Shown: one piece after another, positions 33,115 to 47,603 of the stretch
Layout: every line of letters starts with the position of its first letter
How positions within the stretch are numbered: the stretch's first letter is position 1
NCBI GenBank assembly: GCA_002633005.1
Contig: NMRA01000066.1
Coordinates: 124,001-188,000 of the forward strand
Source of the DNA: Phoronis australis
Taxonomy: Eukaryota > Animalia > Phoronida
Direction: 5' to 3'
DNA length: 64,000 nucleotides
Made by a program: the position numbers and the translations under genes
The notes under the pieces: model-generated
The model's input: only the letters and a program-made list of their open reading frames with translations
Told to the model about the DNA's origin: nothing
Databases searched by the model: none

Positions 33115-36100
33115 TATTTATATTCTACATTTCGTGAAACAATAGTATCATTGGGAGGATCTGGATCGCTTATTTAGTTTCAGATTTATTTTCTACTTTG
33201 AAGAATTTTTGTAATTGTTGACACCACAGTCACCCAATTTTTTTGCACGGGAGTTTGTGTCACGGAATCGGAGGAATACGTAGATGGTTAATAAACTACT
33301 GATTGGTGAATAAGATCACTAATAGTTGAAGAAAAAACAACACAGATTGGATAAAATTTATATTTTTGATTAACCTGTAATTTAGTCTAGTGCACTGCAA
33401 ATTTTATCAACGTGAACCCGATTATTTGAGTAAACTTGATAAGTTTTGTCGGGTATTCCAATTTCGCGCATACGCGATCTTGAGAGTAAGCAGAATTCTA
33501 TGCTCGAGCATACGACAGGATTAGACAACACAGTGTTTCTCAGCAACAGAATTTCGATTGACCATCTTTTTTACATTAGTGTGCAGTACATTTAGACTAG
33601 AAATTAAGCTACAAAATCTGTATTAAATCCAATTTACATGAAAAAATTCGACGCTATGTTCAAAGACCATTATTTGGGCTTAGGTCTTGAATAAAAGTGT
33701 TTGCATAAAGACCCGTTTCATGAAGGTGTTAACAAAAGTGAAGCGGAAATAGTATCTTTAAGAATAGCTCATCCCACAGGATGCTATATTTTTAATGACT
33801 CAGTTGAACGAAGTATTTTGGTCTTTCAAGGTTTGACAGGTGCAAAAAGTGCAATAACCATTATAATTTTTTCATGATCACACTATGAGTAACTTTTGTA
33901 TTTCTGACAAGGTTTTTTCAATGATCGAATCCAATTATCCAGCAGACGATGTTAGCAGCCTGCCAGTAGGGGCCGCGGCGGCTGCTGTATTTACTTTCCA
34001 CCAGATAGCTATTTGTACGTACAAAACGTGTAGTACTAATCGATGTGTTCTGGGATTTTCGCGATCGATTTCTTCGATTCTTTATTTACTTATGCTCATC
34101 TGTTCATTCCAAATAAGTTCTTCGACATTTAATAAACCGTTTCCGAACTGTGTTTACCCAACTCATTATCAGCCCGCTAGTTACAAACGAAAGGACGAGA
34201 TAAAAGTGCCAAACGTGCTAGATGATGAATGTAGTTGTGGTACGTTTTGCGATAGTTTATCTGTCTCACTACCAAAGCTGAGGAAACGTAACCCCATGTC
34301 ACGCACTATAAGCAAACAGGCGAGTATCTCGGCGTTTCGTTGTGCTGTAAAATATCAGGTGAGTTTTGGCATTTTGTACGACCCTTTGGGCTCAGTTGGC
34401 CCTAATTGCTTTCGAGTCTGCGCGCTTAACGCAAGAATAATCAGCAGTTTTTTGAATAGGTAACGGGAGATATCTGTGAAGGTCATCACAGCCTAAAGCT
34501 AGTAAACTAAAAGGGGTCGGTTAAAGGGAGAGACCGTGTCACGCATGTCACTTTTCTAGGTCAGTTCACTGACTAAACCATGGTTTGTTTTCCAAGGCGG
34601 TGTTAAGGAGAAGCGCAGTGACATTGTTGGCCATGCCCATCTTCCTTCCTCATTTACTCATGCCAAACTGCACGGGTGTGCTCCCTTTACACTGTCTGTT
34701 TTTTCTTTTCTCGCGAACTCTATTAGCATGATTTGTAGTTGCTGTCTCACACAAGACACGAAACCCCGTTTTCTTATCTTGTGGACAAAGCTCTTTTCTT
34801 ATGAGCAGTGGTTTAGGTCACTCTCTAAGGTGTCCTATATCGTTTTACTTCCGCGGAAGATGAGACACTACCGGTCTCAGACTATAACCGTCGTTGTATA
34901 CATGATTGTTATGTCTCTTGGTGATCTGCTGCCATAGTTGTCCTCTGGAGAATCGACAATTAAACCAAGCATTTGAAAGAACATGCATGAAAACCGCCAA
35001 CGGATAACACTAGTGTATAAAATTTTCTCACTAATGATTTATGAACTAAATCTCCAAAGCGCTCCCATTTGCATGAGGCGCGATGGAAAATTGTGATTTT
35101 CATGAGTTTCATGATTTTCAGTGCATCAAACAAAACGAAAGGTAACTTAAAAAACCCCCGACATTGTATTTATAGATTTTTCCTTGAACTGAACAAATAA
35201 ATTTTGTCATGATGTCGATACCGTTGTCTTGCTATGAATGTGCCCTTCCTGATTCTAATTGAAGTTTTAGCAAAAAATATGGTCACGTGACCCAATCAAT
35301 GTCGGATTGCAAAGTCCAGATTTGAATTGGAAAACGACTAAAGTTTACTCAAGACAACAGTGTTCTACCTTTTGATGATTGCACGAATTTCGTCAAGCAC
35401 TCAAAGATATTTGTTGCGCCCGGTTTCCGTTACAAAAACATCTTTTTACTTAAACCATATACCGTGATGAAAATGGTGAAAATGCAGGTGATTTCGGGTC
35501 AGTTGGCATTTTATGCGACGAGCAGGGTCTCAAGCAACAACGAAATGTCTCTTCTTTCAAGGCTCCGATTTCGTCCCTTATTTGTTTAAGGGATAAATTG
35601 AGACCATTTTACTAGATAACGTTAAGTGGTCTAAATCACAATTGGTTTTTGTGATAGAAAACGGGCTTATTGCAAACAATCGAACATGCCACACCACACA
35701 TTTTAGCACATAGCTTGTCTGTACGCTTGGACAGAATGGTGAACAACGAAACTAGTTAATCCGTTAAAAATGGACGTTTCTTGGAAAGCTGTACCCTCTC
35801 AAATTTGTGGTAGGTCAGATGGTATGAGGAATTTCGCCACCTAACTGTTTTATGGAAATCGAAATGTTTCCAAGAGTCATTGAACCAGTTAAATGGAAGA
35901 AATGCAAAATGCCCAATTTGCTTGATCTTTGTACTGACCCGAAGGAAAATTCGTGAGGTGTTTAAATGGCGAAGATTCGTGAAATTCTGTCCAGAAATTT
36001 GCCCACTTTTCAGGCTTACTAAAGGAGATGTTGTAAAAGTGCAAACTTTTTGAGCAAATTCATAACAAAGTTTTAAACGCTCCAACTTTCCTCTGTTACA

Positions 36101-37990
36101 GAACACGGAAACCTTAGTTCGCAAGCAGATCGCATGGATATTGGTAGATAAGCGTATCTATTGTTCACTTGCATAATTCGAACTAAGAACTTAGTTCTCG
36201 GTGACTGGGTAAATTTCGCAGTTGAGCTAAAACTTAAATCGTATATTTTCTCAAGATTAGGAATGTGTCAACTTGTAACTTTAGGGCAACTCAACCAAGT
36301 TTTGTAGCGGCTTTCAAATGTGAACAAGGTCAGATAAAATCTGTATTTTTCCAACAGATAACCAATTTTCGTTTCAATAATTCCAACAAACACAACCACT
36401 TGCTTGAGACAGCTTGAACGAGCTCGGAATTTCGTATTTATTTCCATGTGCCAAGTTCGCGTACGATCAACCAAATAAGGCAATCTCAGTACATGACTTA
36501 TTTGATTTAGAGCCTGAGTAGAGCTACATATAAAACTTTGCAGTTAAGCGTGCGACAGTACGTGCGTTCTCTCTTGGATGACAACCTTGAACCTGAAGCA
36601 AACTTTAAGAAACTGGGAAAAACGCAAAGTCGAGAATATGTTCGAACGTTAATTCTAGGTAAGAACGGGTATTATTCGTGATCGATTAAACAATGCTTTT
36701 CCTGCGAGTCATATGTTCCCACTACCAGAAAACATACTTTTGCAGACTGATCTTTCGAATACGGCGAGCAGTGAAGCCTGTGGGGATTTGTTACTCGGAA
36801 GGAAAGACACCTATTCTTCAATGCATACGCTTGTATTGTTTTAGGCTATTGAAACACACTTCAAGTTCCTTAAAATTCCGTTAGAAAAAGCGAAGGTGTG
36901 ATTCGCAGGGAAAAACGTTTCTTAAGCTGAACTTACATATCTACATTATAACGTTGTACGTTAAATGATAAATTTTGACAGTATCGAATGAGTGTGATTT
37001 TTCCGCATCAGATGAGCAAAACATCGCGGGAAAAGCCGGATTCCACTTAAAAACAAAGAGTAGAGTGACAAATAATGTCATTTTGGAAGATAGACCACCA
37101 CAGGAAGAAATTGCTTAGCAGAAAATTAATTTTCATGACATGTCATGCTCACAGCATATTCAGTTTTAAGTGTCTTTCACTCACATGCAGTGACTTTTAA
37201 TAAAAAGACTATTCACCTAACAAATGTAGATTAATGGTTATCATATGAACCACCTGCCGTGAGTCAGCAGGAATGAAAACCACTTATCGTGCATAGTGTG
37301 CTATTGTGTCATATCTGAAATAGTTTGTAATGCACATGTGAAATAAAAAAATAAAATCTTCACATTCTGATAGCTGCCATACCAGTATTGCAGAAGAAAA
37401 TGAGTTACAAAAGTATACATGTATTTAGTTCAGCACGTTCGCGTAATAATGTGTCATTATATTGACTTATGGATTTTAGCGTGTTTTGAGCTTCTGGTCC
37501 TACAAATTCCTCTTCCGGGTATATCTTCAGCAAAAGTCCTCAAATGACATCCTTTAAACATTATTTGTCGTCTTTTCTGTGTTTATATATATATCGAAAA
37601 CCAACCGCGAGTCTCAACATTTTGTCTACCTAGAGATTTAATTAATGTCGATTTTACTTCCTATGCGGCTCTATATGATAACAGTTTCAGTGAAATATGT
37701 TAAAAGAAATCGTTAAGAATCGATCGCCACAGTACGCCTGCGAAGGAATCTCACAATATTGACTTCGAACTTGTGGGACCACGTACGGTAACTATGGAGG
37801 GCGTGGCCAAACTGCATTTGTCGGAAATTGCCATGATGCTGCTACAGAGTGAAACTGTCACGGCTTTTACATACCATGCTCGGGCCCAGAGGAAATGCGC
37901 CAACCCAGTAAAGTGTAGTACGCATACAAATTTCTTTTCCAGGCAAAATCAATTTTTCGGATCCAAAAAATCGTTGTTCACTATTTATGG

Positions 37991-38958
37991 CAGCCTCGTC
38001 CCCAAGCCTAAAGATGGCGCTGATCGGTTTAGCCATTTGAGGCTCGGTTATGTAAATGAGCTAGATTCACATTGGTTATGGGAATTGAAATGTGTCAGGA
38101 TTCTGACACATTTTTACGGAAATCTCCGGAATATCACAAGTAATACAATTTTGAAATTTTCTGCAGTTTTATATAAAACGAAAACTAACGGTATATTGCA
38201 GCAATTGAGGTCTGAATTATAGCAAAATGGTGTCTTTTGATTCGAAAACATAAATTTCTGTGATGCTACTAATAAAAAAGAGTTGAAAATAAGTGCGAGA
38301 ACAACCTTTTGGCCTACTTCAGACAATAACCAAAACAATGCCTTCTGCTTCATGAATGGCAGCAACAACGCCTGTGAAAGTAAGTAAAATCTGCCTTACG
38401 CAGATTGGCTAGTCGAATTCTCAACAGGCAGCGCTTTACGCAAACAAACTGGCATGACTGATGGACTGAAGTGTAATGTGGTCTGTTGTATAGACAAATC
38501 GGTGCTTAAAATTTATGTTCAGGAAATGTGAAGCCTAGAAATTGTGATTGCGCCTTTTCGGAATGCATCTTTCTACTCTCGATGAATTTTGTTTACGATA
38601 GTGTCCTGTATTCATACAGTATGAAAAACACAACGGTTAATTCAGCCAGATATGTGTTTATTGTACATGTATGTGGTTCAAGCACGCGGCTATTAAACAA
38701 CACTGCAGAAACAAAATAGTTGCTGCGACGCCACTTGCATGACAAGGCTAAAAATCGTTCACAGTCGGCCATTTTTTCACGGAGTTGTAAAACTAACCAA
38801 TGACTGCCGAGGTTACATCGGCCAATGCTAAAGTGCCTGCCACTGCGTGATACCTGCGTGCTGGCTGGGCTAAGCACGCAGGGAACCAGCGAGCCCAATA
38901 ACCAAGCGTCAAATGGCTGAACCGATCAGCGCCATCTTGAGGCTTGGGAACGAGGCTG
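37991..38958. mobile_element. Non-autonomous DNA transposon with ~60 bp TIRs and 9-bp TSD (AcademH- or MULE-like)
   Basis: CAGCCTCGTCCCCAAGCCTAAAGATGGCGCTGATCGG... / ...CCGATCAGCGCCATCTTGAGGCTTGGGAACGAGGCTG. Perfect TSD TATTTATGG at 37982-37990 and 38959-38967. Confidence 0.9.
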
Positions 38959-41349
38959 TATTTATGGTGGAACGCTAAATTTCCATAAAAGCCAGCTATA
39001 GCGTCACGAACGCGAGATGTTCTTGGGTTTACATTATTATTACATTATATTATTGTGTTTACATATTATCAGTACCACCCCCCAACTAAAGACCGATCGA
39101 ATATTGGAACTTTTGGGCACGACAATTGACATGGCACTTCCATCGGTACCACCGACGCCATCTGCTGCATTTTTCAAACAACCGCCATGTGGAAATCTAA
39201 CGTAGCGTGGTGCCAAGTTTTCGGCAAAGACTTTAAATTTCCATAAAAGCTAAACATTAAGTAAGCATTTATACCAAAAAAATTCTCCCTACTAGCAAAA
39301 GTTGACTGCCGGGGTCACTTCTTTCCTTAGAAATTTATAAAGAAATGAGAGCAAAAATCCCATAACGCGAAACCAATTTACATTTACGTCCACGTGATAG
39401 TTGTGCATAACGTCCCTTTACGTAAGGGTGTAAAAATGCTTTATTTTAGACTTATCACTCTTGGCAATACACATAAACGCATGCGTCAATTTTAATACGT
39501 CTTTAAGCTCTCTGATATTGAAATCTTTATCTTTCCAGAAGTATATTTAAAAACAAAAACAAATTTCGGCCACAGAACCTTCCCATGGTCCTTCTGAGCA
39601 CTAGACCTTCATACAGGCACCATTTTCACCAGTACTAGATATCATCGATGCCCTATAAAATATATTGAAGTTGTTCTAATAATTTCATTGAACTTGATCG
39701 TAATTGCTTTGAAAGATCTTCTTCGCTTTCTCCCCGATCGTTCGCCTGAACTCCCCGTGCACTCGTTGTTTTTCTTGGGCTCGTGACACATCGTCAGTGA
39801 AGAGGTAGGGTTACACCCAATAGCGGAAAAGTCTGTTCATTTGCCTTTTTCAATACTCCTTTCTCGCTTGAAACCGACTGCTACCGGTTTGGACGTTTTT
39901 CAGTCTACTCTAGCTAATAGGGTAATTAGTTTCTTTCGTGTTTTTCATTAAAAGAGACAGTCAGTTTTTGAAGACGTGCAATTTCACGCAATGTGAGAAA
40001 TTTCCAAAACTTTCGCTGTGCTAAGGCCATAGTCAACTGACGCGTGTTAGTAACATAACCGCTTATAGAGAAACTACTGGATGGGAATACTAAATCGTTA
40101 ATCATGCGCCCGTAATTCACGCAGAGTGTTCATACATGTTCTAAGTGTGATCTAGTGTCAGACAGTCAAGAGTATTTATTATGTTTTTATGAATATCCAT
40201 GTGACCTGCTATAGCAACCACGCATTCACGATTTGTCATGTATTCATAAATTTATCCACTGAGGCAACTGGGCGAGAGCTAGTACAACTTATTTACAAAA
40301 AACTGCATTGTTCAATCATGAATTCAACTTGATGGTAATAAGTGAATTGGAAACGCACAAAATAGCGCAAGCCATTTTACTAGCTTGAAATGAGATCAGG
40401 GGGCTTGAATGCGGGTCAGTTGATCGACGTTTATAAATCGTGTTTGATAGCTGTCTATTTGTACAGGTATTTCAGGAGGTAAGTTGAAATTCGATCATGT
40501 TATCTTAGTTTGATGGCCGTTGTACACCTGCATATGTAACGTATGTATAAGTCTTTGTTGCGGCTTTAATGACAGTGTTATAATGTTTGAGAGTTAGAAC
40601 GAATATTCAGAAGTGAAAAGTATATAATTGTTTAATTTTGTCACAATATTTGGACTAGAGTGAAACATTTTCTAATTGTGTGTTGACGCGCAATTCGGTC
40701 TTCTTGGTGCAATTTCATTGGTTCGCCTTGAAGTGAACTACCCACTGCAGACTTTTTATCGTACACTAAGTCTGAACAAGCTGGTTCGATAAATATTGCA
40801 AGCACTGAAACTACACTTTTGGTGTTACTGAAATTGGTGTTGAGATATTTTTTGTTGACCATCTACTTTTCACCACTTTCATATTTCTACAGGAAGCTTT
40901 GGGACAATATCCTTGAGATTCTGAAAATCATTTCAGTTCTAAAGTTATCTTTCTAAACGCTGAAAAACTCTTAAAACTCCGTGAATATCAATGTTATTGA
41001 ACGCTGTAGTCAAAGTACTGTGAGTTGAAGTGGCCGGTTTCAAATAAGCGAATACGATATATACTGCAAAAATTTGAAACTTAACCCCCATAACAAATGC
41101 GCCCCAAAATGAATCCGACGGTGTCCATTTTCTCTTTGCTTTCATACTTTCATAAGTGGAATGAAGCAAACAATTCCAATATGGACGAATCCCAAGGGTT
41201 ATATCGCATCAAAAGGATTGAGTGAGAGCAATGTTGCTCGTACTTTATGTAGTGAGTTTTATAAAGTTCGAGATAAGGATGATTCAAGTGACATATAGTG
41301 TTCATTTTTCGAACCCTTTTGTTTCTGTTGCTCAAAATCGTCGATTTGT

Positions 41350-41530
41350 TCGGCCATTGTGATTGAGCACCGGTCAACTAGTTTTTTGGGTGCGGCCATC
41401 TGGTTTTGAGGTACCACCCGACCCGTTTCGAGTTCCGACCACCAAGTTGGAACACCGGCCATTCGGTTTTGCAGTTCAGTCAGCAGGTTTTGAAGTCGGG
41501 GCAAGCGGTTTTGAAGACCGACCAATTGTT
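41350..41530. repeat. Degenerate ~21-bp tandem repeat
   Basis: Recurrent CGGCCA...GGTTTTG units; gives heptad-periodic LQN repeats in the minus-strand ORF. Confidence 0.55.
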
Positions 41531-41714
41531 GATTCTTCCCTTGACCATGACCGTGAACAGTATTCGGTGGCAATTGTTAGTCATGAGCTCACTATGACGT
41601 TTGTTTCCAAATCTCAAATCAAGGTCCGTTTTCATTGCATAATGCCTTGGGCATATAACGCATTTAAACCGTTTAGCAATAAAATTATAGAGATGTTTTA
41701 ACATTTGTCCATAA

Positions 41715-43156
41715 CAGTGCCGCAGTGGTAAAGTTGGAGGTAAGTAGGCGCCCAAAGTCCACCGTATCACCTTAAGCACTGAAATGTTAAAAGTGCATTG
41801 AATTCGCAAGAAAACCTGACTCAAACACGTGTAGGCTACGCCTATTTTTTTGACTCACGAGTGGGTATTTACTTGGAGTCTGCAGTGGCGAATATAGGTT
41901 GTCGCGGAAAGCGGCTCAACCACACATAGAGGAAGGCAAAGGTCCGCAAGCAAGTTCCATGCGGTCTCTGAAAATAGGAGCCCAACGCCCAGAAACGATA
42001 TGATGGCGGCGTTATTTAGTCGCCCGTGAGGTGTGACCTCGGGGCCCTTAGTTCCCCTTAGTACGACACCATGATTCTTACTTCATCCTGAAATATTACT
42101 CTAAAATTTCATTACTCTGCGAACATAGGCCTATGTTACTCGCGATCCATACGCTTCAAAGATTAATTACACAAACACGATGTTTTTAGGAGCTTCAAAC
42201 ACTATATACCCGACAGAATGTGCACGCGTGTATGCACTCATATGTCATGTAAAAACTTGAAGTAGGATTTTATTGCAAGCATCTGTTCTGTAATTTTTCA
42301 TTTAATTTTAAAGTTATTAGAACACTAGGTATTACTGACCGCTCCAAAGATAGTTCAGTACAGAATCCTTCACAAACTTTTTGTCGGCAGTCTCGTTTTT
42401 TCCACGTTACACGATTATCTGGAGTGAGAACTATCAACAGTTCCGTGTTGTCGAATCATCCACGTTTCAGCATAAGGTTGTGGGGTCGAGCATGATCAAA
42501 CAGCGATCTGGAGGTAGTTTCTAATATCAAACAAGAGCGTTCGTCTTTTACTGTCCGATTCGTTTCAATGAATCGTCGTTCACATTCAGCTGCCGTACTG
42601 CAAGGAAGAGTCTTAATGGAGAGGTCCAGTTATCGCAGAGCACTTTGTAGGTTGTCTACTCTAACCGTCTCGCCCATTTCTACAAACTCACGCATTCCTC
42701 AAGTTGCTGTTGTGTCAACCAACCCAAACAGAGCACAAATGCGCCTGACTTCGGGCTCGCCATGTTTTATCTCGGATCCTATCGGCCACGTTTTGGGAGT
42801 TGAAGATGACCAGAATAGAGCAAAAAATGACTGCTCATCTTTGTCGAGTCAATGCCACTCTAAGCTCACAACTTTTTGAATAAATTGTTCAGGACGTGTG
42901 GACACGCGCGCAGGAATATTCGGCTACAATGTTGTCGTCAGCGTAGCAGTGCATCGATACCCTAAGCTATTGTATGAAGACTATGCCCTACTCATACCGT
43001 CACTTACCGTGTTTAGGCGCTACGTCAGATGTAAAAAGATGGTTGGCTGTGCCTACGTTCCACTATAACGTAACTTAACGTGCGTAGGCGCTACGTTTAA
43101 ATGCCCAAAAGGTAGTTGGCTGCGCCTACGTGCGCCTACACCCCACTGCAGCACTG
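41715..43156. mobile_element. hAT-like non-autonomous element
   Basis: TIRs CAGTGCCGCAGTGG / CCACTGCAGCACTG; subterminal TAGGCGC/GCGCCTAC repeats; GTCCATAA at 41707-41714 and 43160-43167 (candidate TSD, right copy offset by 3 nt). Confidence 0.7.
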
Positions 43157-46100
43157 TGGGTCCATAATTTGTACAGCGAAAATGCGTAATCTTTAAGTAC
43201 TACGGTTATTTGAACCGGTTTGCGTAGGGATAGTAAGAGCTTATAACAGGAGGGAGATTAGGTTTTCATGACGCCAGCGATGGCATTTCCCACGAAAGAC
43301 ACCACTGTGGAAATTCAAAGCACCGGGTGTAGTAGAGGTCTACCCTTCATGTTTGGTAAAAGACAAGTTCATCATTTCCCCCAAGATGAGATTTCAAGTA
43401 TCTATTGTAATCTGCGGTCTCAAGTGCTATCTAGGCCAGGAAATGCATGAGTAGCACGATGATTGATGTCCATTAGATTAACAAAAAGATTTGGGCGTGG
43501 ACCTCACCTAAAGTGGTTTTTCTTAGACGACGCATCGTTTTAAGACAGACTCATTTAACATTAAATATTGCAATGGTATGTAGGCTACTCCGGCCCATGG
43601 CCTACGGTGCCTGGTGTGATGGCTTTCCCTCAGTTCATGTGACCTCATGTCACCTTATTGATCGTCTGTTGCTGACACGAGTGAAGAACTTTGGTGCACG
43701 ATTCTTACTAACATGCGACATAATGTAAGTCACTTAGTGTAAGAAAGTTAAGTGCTTGGTCTCTAACAGTTGCAGTCAACTAATGTACATGGTTTTATGG
43801 ACATTTATCATATTGATGTTAGGGGACAAATGTGTGCAATTTTACCAAGAATTCGGTAACGAAGACACGCTACATGATACGTCTAATAAATACATACATG
43901 TCAAGCATTTTTTGTTCTAACTAAAGCAATGTTTGTAAAAAAAGATAAACCATAGCACTGACGAAACCCAGTCAAAATATGCTGTTCAAGCGTTAAAATG
44001 CATTGCATGTACCTACGTACCTATTAGAGGCTCTTACATCTAGTAGCTTTGAGTGTTGTTGTATTTCTTGGTTACTCCTTTGGCCCTGTCGAGCAAGGCT
44101 CGTGATATGTGATTATTTTGACAAAAAGAGTGCCAGTAAAAGTCTAAGCAAAGGTTTGAAAACTCTATTATGAACGTCGGCAAACTGCTTATTAATTACC
44201 GAATGTACGTAGTATTTTGGCGCTACGCTGTAGCACTACAGAAACGGCAAAACACGTTGCAAATACTAATTCCCGTATTGGTTGACATGTATGGAAGTTG
44301 TTCAACTCTTAAGAATTTAGCAGCCATCTTTGAAATTTGCAAAAGTCGCAGTACAGCTAAATATGACGAGTCTCAACAGATTTGTCAACTCGGGAAACGT
44401 TGGGCAAATCGCTTGAATCAAGAGACACGTCTCTTCACCACATTATATCGAGTTACAGCTAGCACCAGTGCATCTGATCTTTGGTGCATCTGATTTTGTC
44501 GCTAGGTTGAAAAAACGACCTTCACCTCTCCGATATCGATGGATTTTTTCTCACATTACAGGTTGTGAGGATACCATTTATGAAACAAAACAATCTGTGG
44601 ACTAATAGTCATGCGTCACATTACAATGCATTGTGGGGCACCGGTCATCGAGAGCAGAATGAAAACAACCCATAAAAACGGAGACAGTACGACCAACATT
44701 TCCATCCGGAACACCCCGGTTATTTGCGAAGCGTCAAATTTTCATCGGAAGTGATCGTTATCAGCGCAATTGCAAACTGCAGTCGTACGGACAATCATTC
44801 TTCAGTTTGGACTTGACATGGCTTGCCACCTCAGACAGAAATTCGCACATGCGCAAGTAACGTTCACCTCCAAGGGAAACTTTGAAACTAAGAGATTACC
44901 ATAGGTGTTCTGGATCCTACATTTCCAGACAACAGGTGGTCTGGTGACGTATATTCCACAAATTTGTAGACGTAAAAAGGCCAATGCCAAGAAGCAACGT
45001 CAATAACGAAACATGTGGGTGAGTGAAAAACGTTTACGAAACGCGAATGTTTTGTACGTCCTCTTCAGTTAGATAAAAGGAGATGATTTGTGAATTAGTC
45101 ACATGAGGGATGTAGATAAATTCCTAATTGTCTTAGAAAATTACAAAACCTTTGCAAGCCCCCACTTGTCTTAGAGTATCACAAAATGTCTTCTGGCACC
45201 TCAACACGTAACGATTTCACCGCGCATGTACGCATTTATCAGAACCAAGACGTTTGTTTTCACTTTTCGCTATTTAGATGTACTAACCATTTGGATGTCA
45301 GTGCTAATCAGTTAATATATAGTAGCGTGTCCAGTTTATAGTGACATGACCAAAACACGTGATGACTAATTGCCATGAAGAGGAGATTAAACAGCATGGG
45401 AATCCGTGAATGCGGTTATTTGTTGAAGAAAATCATATTTCCCATGCTGTTGCAATAATATAATTGTCGATATTTTGCGATAAGATCGCGAAGATGATTA
45501 TCAGTGAAGCGGGTTACAGCACTTGTGTGGGATGAACTCTCGGAAGAGGTTGTGTGCCTCCAGTCAGGAGACTTAATAGCAAGCTGTGTGCATGACAGGA
45601 CGCTCTATGCACTGACAGAAGTAAAAGAAGTTTGCGAATTTCCAAAGTTCATGTTTCATTTTGAAACAATAACAGTGTACCATTTGAATGCGCAAGACGT
45701 CACGTTACCGTGACCAAATATTGATTACAGACCCCCCTGTTACCATGATGCTCTCTAGATAATACCCTTCACTGATCAATGCGCATAACTATGGCAATTG
45801 CCTCAAAAATTCTTTTTTTTTAATTCTTGTTAAGGACTGCGAGAGATCAAAACAGAAACACATAAAAACTAAAAAGACCATAAATAACCTGTAGAAAACT
45901 CTACAAGCCTTTAGCATTTATTTTGAATTTAAACGTAAATCAAGACTCAATATGTCAATATCAATTAAAGATAACATTTACTTACGGTACACCGACTCAT
46001 TGATTTCGGATTTAAACCGATCATCTACCCGAAATTTGATTTAGGCTGCTATAGAATTAGTTTCAAATTGTTCATTACACAGGGCGAGACGTTATTTATG

Positions 46101-47316
46101 GGTTTATAGTGTGCGAAGAGTTCAATTCGTTGCCAGCAGCGGCGCAAGAAATGACAGGCAGTGACCAGCAAGCTTGAGTCGGTTCTCAAGCAGCAACGAC
46201 CTGTCAAGTCTTTTGAATTCCTGAAATCAACACCAATTTGACGAAGTAACAATTTGGGAGCAAATTTCATAAGAGTTACGGAAAATGGTCCAAATAAACA
46301 ATTGAGTTTGTAGCCGCTTTAAGCGTTTGAAGTACCTCTTTAAAAACCGGTTGATAACTTTAAAATAATCGGAAGTTGTTGACCATTTTTGGCCATTTGA
46401 AAAGAAATTTAAATTGAGCTTCTGTTCCAGTGAATTCTGATGCGGGCTAAAATTCGGACCATACGCCCCCCATATACTCCTAAAAGCAAATTTCAAATAC
46501 GCCAATTCACAGACAGGTTTGTGAGGTTTACAGTATACAGGAATTGGATCTGAGGAGCTTATTTGTTTGGGTAAACCATAGGCAAGTACGATCGTAATAA
46601 TATTACTTAGGGCACGAACTGATACATTTTCACTACGGGGTCGTACTTTCCTTCTTGTCTTACACACTCGACTATTGTAAAAACATTTCCTTTTCAAATT
46701 ATGATTGTAAAAATATCTGCAGGAAATTAAAATTGGTCTTTGGTATCGAGAACATAATTATCTACACAATGCATTCAACACACCCGATGAAACATCAGTG
46801 CGGACAAGCTGCCGGGGCAGCTTCTTGGTGAGTTGTTCTTTTGGGAATAAAAGGGCATTTTGTCTTCATTATTACTGTACAAACGCTGATACGAAGATAC
46901 TGCAATTACTATAGATTTTCCTACCTACCGGCAAAATAGGGATAATTTGTTTACCCAGCAGTCATCTGATTTATTCGAAAGCAGAGCGTTCAAATAATTT
47001 ATATTCAAGTGCTAATATTTACAAGGCTATATTTTGATTTTTTATAGTAAACTGAAAAGCAACCATCGATTAATTCTCCAGCATACTGCCTTGGTTGTGT
47101 ATTTTCTCTCGCATTTATTTGATTTTAGGCACAGTAAATGTGCTGTGCCAGGGAGAAAATCTACTAATAGTTCGCTTATCGATGTTACATTGGCATCAGA
47201 AAATGTTAAAATACTTAATACTTTAATATTAATTTAAGACAGCTGCATAATCATTGTCTGAATGAAATGTTATTATCAAATTTCTAAATTGTGCGGAAAA
47301 TTTTCCATTTGAACTA

Positions 47317-47603
47317 GGGTCTGTTTTACGAAACAAAGGCTACTTAAGACTTGAGTAAGAAATTTCGTCTTACGCTCCGCACAGCTATTTTGGAAAATAA
47401 TTAAAAAATTTCAATAGAGCAAAAGCCTCTGAGAATATACACATAACTCCTAGTTTTTGAATTAATTTCTACACATTATTTCTAGACTCTGACGTGCTCA
47501 TTATCAGTTGGCTAAACATTTATTCAGAAATTGCAGGGTGTGCGCGTAGGACTAAAGTTCGGTTTTAAATCTTTTTAAGTAGTTTTTTCGTAAAACAAAC
47601 CCC
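47317..47603. mobile_element. PIF/Harbinger-like MITE
   Basis: GGGTCTGTTTTACGAAA / TTTCGTAAAACAAACCC termini with CTA/CTG flanks. Confidence 0.65.

Noticed and set aside
33885-34463. Longest ORF in the track (192 aa)
   Set aside because: No recognisable domain, non-protein-like composition, no splice context; lies in repeat-like sequence.
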